A stretch of DNA of 64,000 nucleotides from Eledone cirrhosa (lineage: Eukaryota): positions 61,566,001 through 61,630,000 of the forward strand of contig OZ024742.1 in NCBI GenBank assembly GCA_964016885.1. Direction: 5' to 3'. A program made the position numbers and the translations under genes. Positions 56,321-64,000 of this stretch are shown one piece after another. Each line of letters starts with the position of its first letter. The stretch's first letter is position 1. The notes under the pieces were generated by a model. The model worked only from the letters and a program-made list of their open reading frames with translations, ran no database searches and was not told the origin of the DNA.

Positions 56321-58070
56321 ATACACCAAAGTCTTCACAAACATCATCCTCGACAACATCAACAGTAACAATAACAATTGCAACATCAATGCCAACGACC
56401 ACAACAGCAATAGCAACAATACCATATTTGATTGAAATTTGATTCTTCCTGTTTCTTAGCATAAATTGAAATCAAGTTCTTCTTTCTCTTCTTCCTTCCC
56501 TCCTTACTTCTTCCATCAAATCTATCAAATAATCCTGGCAATCTCCTTGACATACACGACCCTTGACTGGTCGAATCGTTAGAGCATCGTACAAACTGCA
56601 TTAATGGTATTCAGTCACGGCTCTTTATGTTGTGGTTAAATCCTGCCGAGGTCAACTTTGCTTTTCATTTTTATGGTGTTGATAAAATAAAATAACAGTC
56701 AAATACGGAAGGTGATATAATCGACTTTAACACCCCTCCTCCCACAACCATCTCCGAAAAAACTCAATTGCTGGTCTTAGAAAACAAGAAAGGTGGATTG
56801 GCAGAATCGTTAATACCAGTCAAGTACTAGTTCAATATAAATGTTTTCTCTCTCCCTCCTCAAGACGATGGACTTTTATCTAAATTAGAAACCATTCAAC
56901 TTTACGCAGATGTTTCATCATCCCGATTAGCGAAGGAAAACAAGTTTGAGGATCGAGTATACCAACGGTGTGTGTTTTATAACGTGTGATATTTTAGTCA
57001 TCTTCTCCTTATCTGCGCCTCAAATTGTGGCCGAAACGATGAGGTTTGCACCAGCGAAAATTTCGCAAAACGTTGATGTCTCAAACTAGTGATCTACCCC
57101 TGCCTTAAAGAGGAAATGAGTTATCCCAACTTGGCGTCAATCGTTTGCGCGGTCGGGGTCTACGGGCTCCGTTTGTGATTGGGAAATACAAGGCTCCTCT
57201 TTTAAAATGAAATTTTCGAGAGACAACAGAAAATTATTTTCTCATTTCCTATTTTCAGATTTTTGTTTTTACAAGCGACCATATTGTCGGTAATGACCAA
57301 TTTTAAGAAAGGGCATTAGTAATGTATTTTAGTTGGTGGCTTCTCAGAATAAGGTTGTGATTTGGCAGAATCGTTAAACGTCAGACAAAATAAAATGCTT
57401 TGCGGTATTTGAACTAGGTTTGTAAATTTAAACCGGTAATGTTAATTAAACACTTCTTTTCGGTGTGCTGGAAGGAAATTTCTAAATTTAGTAGCATTAT
57501 ATACTTTTAACAGCAAACATATTTTTATATTGAGATAGGGTCATCAAATATTTGGGGGGGGGGGGGAATAGTGTGGCAGGTAGCAAATAAGGTTAAGAAC
57601 CATTGATCAAGATGAAGAAAAATCTGAAATTGAAAATTCAACACGAATTTCAATTTAAAATAAACATAAAAATAAAAAATCACTTTTTAATGATTCGAAT
57701 TCCAATTTTCTTTTAATTTGATAGAAAAATTAAATTGAAAAGGAAAATTAAAACTTTATATTGGAAGCGAAATTACAAAACAGAACAAAAACAACAAAAC
57801 TTTTATATTGATAACATGTTGAAGAATTGGAAGAGCGTCGGACAAAATGCCTTCGAGAATTTTTGCAGCACTTCGTATTTCGAGTTCAAATCCCATTGTG
57901 GGCTTCTTCAATGGTAGACATAATCCACCGCCTAATTTCACATACGTATTTTGCTGTGTTGCAAACGTTCAGAGAAGATCTTCGAGTGAAGGTTACCTTC
58001 CGCCCTCCACCTCCAGTCTAAAAGAACCTGCAAAAGCTCCAAGTTCACTGTCCTGTCATCTCTCACTTAG

Positions 58071-58450
58071 CTATCTTCTTGGAGGGAGCTGGGGCAGAGT
58101 TTTCAAGCATGCCTTCCAACTGGTCCTGTCAGAAGCAACCGTTTCCAATTCATCCGGCTGGATTCCCAAGCGAGACCAGCCGAGTTCATGAATATTATTC
58201 AACCATCTTGCTTGGGATGTAGCCCTGGAACTCCTGTCAGTTTGTTTTGCCAACGATTTTTCCTGAATCATTCTAACCACATACCCGCAGTATCAGAACT
58301 GTAATTTCTCGATTCGGAGAAGTAACAACTCTATCTTAAGCGACTCTCTGATCTCAATTTAATTTTTTTTTTCTTTTGGTAGGTTTAAAGCAGGGATTCT
58401 CACATATTTTAGACCTTCGATCCATTCACGACATCTACCATTCCTTGTCA
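58071..58450 (-). mobile_element. Decayed RTE-like LINE 3' fragment
   Basis: RWLNNIHELGWSRLGIQPDELETVASDRTSW resembles RTE ORF C-termini. Confidence 0.5.
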
Positions 58451-58699
58451 AACCTAGGCATGTATAAAAATAATTAAGTAAATAAATAAAAAGAATATAA
58501 AGATTCATCTATGTTATAAAACAGAAGCTGTTTCTCCCTCAGTCTGTCCGTCACAACATATATGTAGAAGGGGAGAAAATGGGAAGAGTAAAAGGTCGTT
58601 GTTGTTGAAAGAGAAACAGAATGAGAGAGAGTTTGTGTGAATGACAGGTGAATGATTAATAGCGTCAGAAAGAAAGTGATAACAACAGACTTTAACTAT

Positions 58700-58870
58700 A
58701 ATTGTTTCTACTTTTGGCAAAAGGTCACCAAATTACCCCAGTACATTTCTGGTGCTTTATTTTATCGATCCCGTAAGGATGAAAGGCAAAATTAACCTCG
58801 GCGGGATTTGAACTCAACGTAAAAGGCCGTAATTCTATGTTGCAAAACATGGTGTCCGACGCTCTACCAT
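58700..58870 (-). mobile_element. Nin-like SINE
   Basis: aggatgaaaggcaaa..cctcggcgggatttgaactc. Further diverged copies near 34520, 35280, 43770, 56565 and 59225. Confidence 0.7.
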
Positions 58871-60459
58871 ACAGTGAGAAGGCGAGAGAGAGAGAGTGAA
58901 AGATAAATAGTTTAAAGTGTAATTCAACAATATAGTGACGTCAAAATAGAAACGAACGTGTCGACAGACTTGCACTTAAAATATTTATTCTGTAGAATGT
59001 GAAACAAAGTATTTTAAATAATTGTTATAGTTCAACAGTATTCAAACTGTTATTAATCTTCAGAGGTAAAGTCAATCTAAACATTATTTGAAAAATGTAT
59101 GAAGCTACGTACATAATTAACAATTATTTCTACCGGCAGCGTAACGGCGGGTTTTTACTAATTTTATATAAAACAAACCTAAATAAGCAAGTTGTATTTC
59201 TTTGTATAATGTTATATATTGAAAGGTGGTGGGTTGGCAGAGTTGTTAAAGTGGCGGGTGGGATACTTTACAGTCGTCGTTCCGGTATTCTCCGTTCTGA
59301 ATTCAAATCCCGCCATGGTCATCTTTACCCTTCATCTTTCTGAGGTCGATTACGGAAAGTATCAGTCATGTAATGGAGTCGATATAACCGAGTTTTCCCT
59401 TAACTAAAATCTGTTGTCTTTGTGTCTAAAATTAACCCTTTCATTTTATGTATTTTCATTTCTCACACAGTCGTTCAATCGACCGCTTGAGTAGTCTTCT
59501 CGACCTCCTAGAAATCGATATCGATGGCTTTGAGTACCATTGGTTTAGAGATATCGATACCGCTTTAACAGTTGCAATCGAATCATTTTGAAAAGGCATG
59601 AGCAATGACGGGTTGATCAGGTTTGACTTAAGTTCCAGCAACAACCATCCACGAAACAGTTCTATTAATTCAAGGCCACCTGGTGGGTTAATTCCTGGGC
59701 AATGTCGTGCTGATTAGTTGGTCTTCTTTTTACAGCAAGAGGACTTCACAAACATTGGCCATAACCAAACTGCAGCTTTGTAATCTAATAGTTTCATCAT
59801 TAAACACTTTACAGGAAATTACATCTTAATTATAGCCGAACACATAAGGGGAGGGATAAGAGAAAAAATATGGCATCAAATGTTGCCAAAGGAATTTTGG
59901 TGGGGAAATATTCTTTGTGCATAGGTTCCTGTATCGAAAACTCATTTATTTGTTGGTGTAAATAAAGGAAAATTAAATAATCTCTTTATGCCCACTGAAC
60001 GTTCTGGTCAATATAGATATCTGTGTAGAAATTACTTGCCTTCAATACCTAATTAGATTGCTTTTACCTTGATATATTCTTTCATTCTTTTACTGTTTTC
60101 AGTCATTAGACTGCGGCCTTGTGGAGCATCGCCTTCAGGGGAGTTGGTCGATTATATCACCGCAGAATATATTTTTTATAGTCTGGTATATATTTATCAA
60201 GCTATTTTTGTCGAACTGCTGAGTTAACGGACACAAACGTAGACACAAACGTAAACAAACATATATACATACATATACACAAAAATCACATGACGGGCGT
60301 TCTAAAGTTTCTGTCTACTAATTTCCTCTCAAATAGTGTAGCTCAACACGAGTTTACGGTAGAAAATAGTTGCAAGGTTCCAAGCACTGAGACTGACTCC
60401 AATACCGCATAGTTCGAACGCAATACCGCAAATCGAACGCTTTACCCATACAGTGCATG

Positions 60460-60507
<48 letters not shown>

Positions 60508-60724
60508 GAATGCTATGGTTGACGGAGGCTCGGCTCTGTAAGGTAGTGTAAAATTTGAACACTATAACAATTGTAAATTGTTTAAAACTTTAACGAACTT
60601 GTAGACAAAAACACCCTCCTCCTCGTGAGAGGGGTCTTTCTGCCCGTTATTTGGCCCTTCGGGGTTAAATAACTGCTTATTGGGGTTTTGTACCCAATAT
60701 TTATTTTAAACAAAAAAAAACAAC

Positions 60725-62742
60725 ATGGCTACGAAAAAGAAATTTCATAGGTCACTCCCACTCATTCTGTCTTCTTCTTCCTCAATCATCACTACAGCAG
60801 AGAGAAGATTGTCTCTCTCCCTCCCTTCTTTAAATGTGTCTCTCTCCCTCCCTTCTCTTTCGCAAGTGACGAAAGAAAAGAAAAGTCTCGTGCAAAGCGT
60901 GCAAGGTTTCTCTACGACGACGACGACAGCGACGAAACAGGTGTGCGGGAAATACGAAAACCCAGTTCATTCGTCTGACGTCAGGAATAATAGCAGTAGC
61001 AGCCGTAATAACAACAGCAACAGTGACAATGAAAACAACAGTAGCAGCCGCAGCAGCATCACCAGCAGCATAAACAACAACAGCATTAGCAGCAGCAACA
61101 CCAACAACAACCACAGCAACAGCCGCAGAGGCAGTAGTCGTAGTGCCTGCAGCAACAACAAAAGTAACAGCAGCTCTGATGACAACAACAACAACAGCAG
61201 CAAAGAAAAACCAATCTCATTTGCAGGTATTGCGAAAAACTTGGAAACAATCCTCATAACAAATGAGGAATTAGAGGAAGCGAAGAAGATGGTGAAAAAG
61301 ACTGGACACCGAGCAATCTGCAAGGCAGCGGAAAAATTTTTCGAAACCCAAGAGCACTGTACGGTCACGTACCGTACAGTAAGTACAAAATCCCGTAGGG
61401 TGGAAAGAGCCACAGAGGCTCAAATACAAAAAGCCTTGGGGTCTGTGTGGCAGCGGAAAACGCACATCACCCGAGGCAAAAAATATGCCACCGTAGACGT
61501 ACTTTTTGCAACACCCCAGGAGGCAAAGGCCCAATCAGTAGTGACCCTAAGGAGCGAGGAAATGGTGTTGGTGCCCTCCTACTGCGGGCAAAAAATTGTG
61601 AGGGTCAAACTGACCCACGCCCCCCCCCCCCCCCCCCCCCCCCCGGGATGGCCCCTTCTTGGCTGGCCGCGTCTGTCCTCGTCGGAATCGAGGACAAAAC
61701 AACTGTACTGCAAGTACAGAAAAAAGTAAGAGAAGATTGGGTCGGCACCTCCATTGAGCTGCTAATCCAAACCAACCAGGAGTGCATCGAAGCTATCCCG
61801 GATGTGATAGACTTCGATAACGGCACTCAACTGCCCATAAGTGTTGAGGGAAAACGCCCAAAATGCTTCCGCTGTGGATCGAAGACTCACCTCAGGGCCT
61901 TCTGCAACGAGAGGACCCTGAGAAAGGAGAAAACCCCCCTTCTTCCGAAACCGGCTCCACGGCTACCAGCAACAGGACAAGCGGCAACCAGGAACGAGAG
62001 GTCCGTGGCACCCATACCCACGCCACGGAAATCAAAAACAGCAGCAGCAGTGGAAATATTAACAAAAACAACAGCAATACCAAATGCAGCTGCAACAGAG
62101 ACTCCAGTGCAAACATCACCAACAACAACAAGTGAAAGAGTGGAGCTGGTACCCCTCCCCGACCTCACAGAATCAGACATGGAGTGTGAGGTGGGAGAGA
62201 GATGGCAAAATGTCGTAAGAAGGCACAAACGCAGAAGCAGCGCATCGTCGCCTTTGAAAAGGGAGGAAAGAAATGAGAAAAGGGTAAAGTCTACTGCAAA
62301 GAGACCCACAGCAGCAACAACACCAACACCATCACCACCCACACTAGCACCACCATCACCACCGGCGACAACCCCACCGCCAACAACGCCTTCAACACCA
62401 CCACCACAAGCACCAACATCGCAAACACAACAACAAAACACACACACCCAGCAACAACGACAAGAAAATAGCAGAACCACACCCCACCCCCAGAAAAAAA
62501 AATGCACGGCAATAAATACACACAATAAGAAACTAATGACTTACATAATTGAACACACAGACATTTCACAACACGACTACATAATACCAGCACCAATCAA
62601 AACGCCAACTAACATAAGACTGCTAAAAATAGCACAGAAACAATACACAAACATTAAAATGAAATTCCCCAACGCAGTTGGTGATTTCAGGGACCTAGGA
62701 GGAACTATCAATCGAAGAGTATATTCAGACATTCTCATATAA
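60725..62742 (+). CDS. LINE ORF1 variant (CCHC knuckle), split by a frameshift in the poly-C run ~61620-61644
   Basis: Joins ORFs 60725 and 61447; CFRCGSKTHLRAFC; core homologous to the ORF1 at 2898. Confidence 0.8.
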
Positions 62743-62880
62743 GAGCCGACGACCGGCCGAAGGGACGATTCAACGGTCCCTTCACCAGACGATCAAGTGA
62801 TAAGGGATGTAAAAACCATCCCTCCTCTACGAAAAGTACGTTAAGTGGTGTTTTCCCATCTTTTCCACTCTATTTTAAAC

Positions 62881-64000
62881 ATGACCTCACTCAGAATAGG
62901 CAGCATAAATGCGCGTGGCTTGGGGTCGTCATGGAAGCAGGGTCACCTGCTCAACGACCTCAGGTCACTAAACATAGATGTAGTGGCCATCAGCGAGACC
63001 AGAATCTCCGAAGCACGGGCCTTCGCACCGATCTTCGGCGGCTACGATGTGTACGCATCTCCCAGCCGTCCTGGATCCGGTGGAGGATTTGCTGTGCTTT
63101 TTCGGAGAGGTTTGGATCTCGCCATACGGGCCATCTTCCTGGACCCAGAGGGTAAGCTGGTGGTGCTGGACGTGACCAGCGGAGACGGGCAAGCTTTCAG
63201 GCTAGTGGCCGTCTATGCCCCGACGGGAGCAGGGCGGCCTGATTTCTTCCGGCGTCTGGAGACCTTTCTTGGAACGTCCCGCTCTTTAGTGTTAGTGGGC
63301 GACTGGAACGGGATCTTAGATGCACGCTGGGACTGTCTGGGATTAGCGGATAGGGGTGGAGGGTGCAAGAGCCTCACCAACCTGCTCAGGCGTTTTGAAC
63401 TGTCTGACGGGTACCGATTGGATTTCCCGAATGTGCCAATGTGGACTTGGACAAATCGCATAGGGTCATCCAGATCATATCTAGATAGAGTATTTTGTAG
63501 GGAAATAGATAGGTCTAGCATAGGCTGTCCACAATTCAAGATAGTCAGCTACACGGACCACAAATTCGTGATCTGTGTGCTTGACATAGATAGGCTTCAT
63601 AGACGAGGACCCGGCTACTGGAAGCTAAACGCGTCCTTACCAGCGCGCAAGGCCTACAGAGACCGGATTAGCGAACTAGTTAAGCGGGCGTTGACGGTGG
63701 CCATCGTCAACAACAAGTGGTGGTTTGCTCTGAAAAGAGCGATTAGAATAGAATCGATTAGGTTTAGTAAGGCTTTAGCAATAGAGAAAAATAGAGCAGA
63801 GGGAGAACTAGTTAGAAAATTAGACGAGGCGCTTAGCAAAGGCATTGCGACCGACGTGCTTGCGGCGAAATTGGCCCTTGACCAATTCTTCAATGCAAAG
63901 CACGAAGGCTGCGTTGTCAGAGCAAGGGTGCGTGCTCTCAGACACGAGGGGACGAAAGCCGTTCAATGGGCCCGAGTGGCGGAGGCGCGTCGTGGCAACA
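62881..64000 (+). CDS. LINE ORF2 N-terminus (AP endonuclease), partial and apparently open
   Basis: ATGACCTCACTCAGA start; intact LVGDWNG motif, where the first copy has GYWN. Confidence 0.85.
   Translation, partial: MTSLRIGSINARGLGSSWKQGHLLNDLRSLNIDVVAISETRISEARAFAPIFGGYDVYASPSRPGSGGGFAVLFRRGLDLAIRAIFLDPEGKLVVLDVTSGDGQAFRLVAVYAPTGAGRPDFFRRLETFLGTSRSLVLVGDWNGILDARWDCLGLADRGGGCKSLTNLLRRFELSDGYRLDFPNVPMWTWTNRIGSSRSYLDRVFCREIDRSSIGCPQFKIVSYTDHKFVICVLDIDRLHRRGPGYWKLNASLPARKAYRDRISELVKRALTVAIVNNKWWFALKRAIRIESIRFSKALAIEKNRAEGELVRKLDEALSKGIATDVLAAKLALDQFFNAKHEGCVVRARVRALRHEGTKAVQWARVAEARRGN

Larger units (their letters stand above)
60508..64000 (+). mobile_element. Second long Tx1/L1-clade LINE, inserted after (TTA)n (60461-60507); runs off the window end
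   Basis: 5'UTR, ORF1, and an ORF2 nearly identical to 4753-5870. Confidence 0.9.

Noticed and set aside
61620-61644. Programmed frameshift in ORF1 at poly-C (and the A-run near 2870)
   Set aside because: A homopolymer slippage or sequencing indel is simpler; the other copy is in frame at the equivalent site.

Overview
Repeat-dense, AT-rich animal genomic DNA with no recognisable host gene. The (TA)n/(CA)n/(GA)n/(TAGA)n microsatellite load and the tRNA-derived Nin-type SINEs suggest a cephalopod such as Octopus; this is inference only. Most listed ORFs are microsatellite or antisense artefacts. Real content: (i) four Tx1/L1-clade LINE copies and two R4/Dong-type REL LINE fragments, all in (TTA)n tracts; two Tx1 copies share a near-identical ORF2 but have different 5'UTR/ORF1 modules; (ii) Penelope-like (PLE) RT/GIY-YIG fragments and more than a dozen short fold-back or partial-tandem elements in (TA)n tracts, many with hand-foldable type I hammerhead ribozymes; (iii) Helitron pieces, RTE fragments, SINEs and MITEs. 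The most striking observation is a non-coding repeat family at four loci (13.1, 13.3-14.5, 36.9-37.6 and 52.1 kb). It holds a covariation-supported, pseudoknotted RNA with the hammerhead core (AUA, GAAA, CUGANGA) in a non-circularly permuted strand order, joined to a kink-turn. One genomic junction falls at its predicted cleavage site. All folds and alignments were done by eye.
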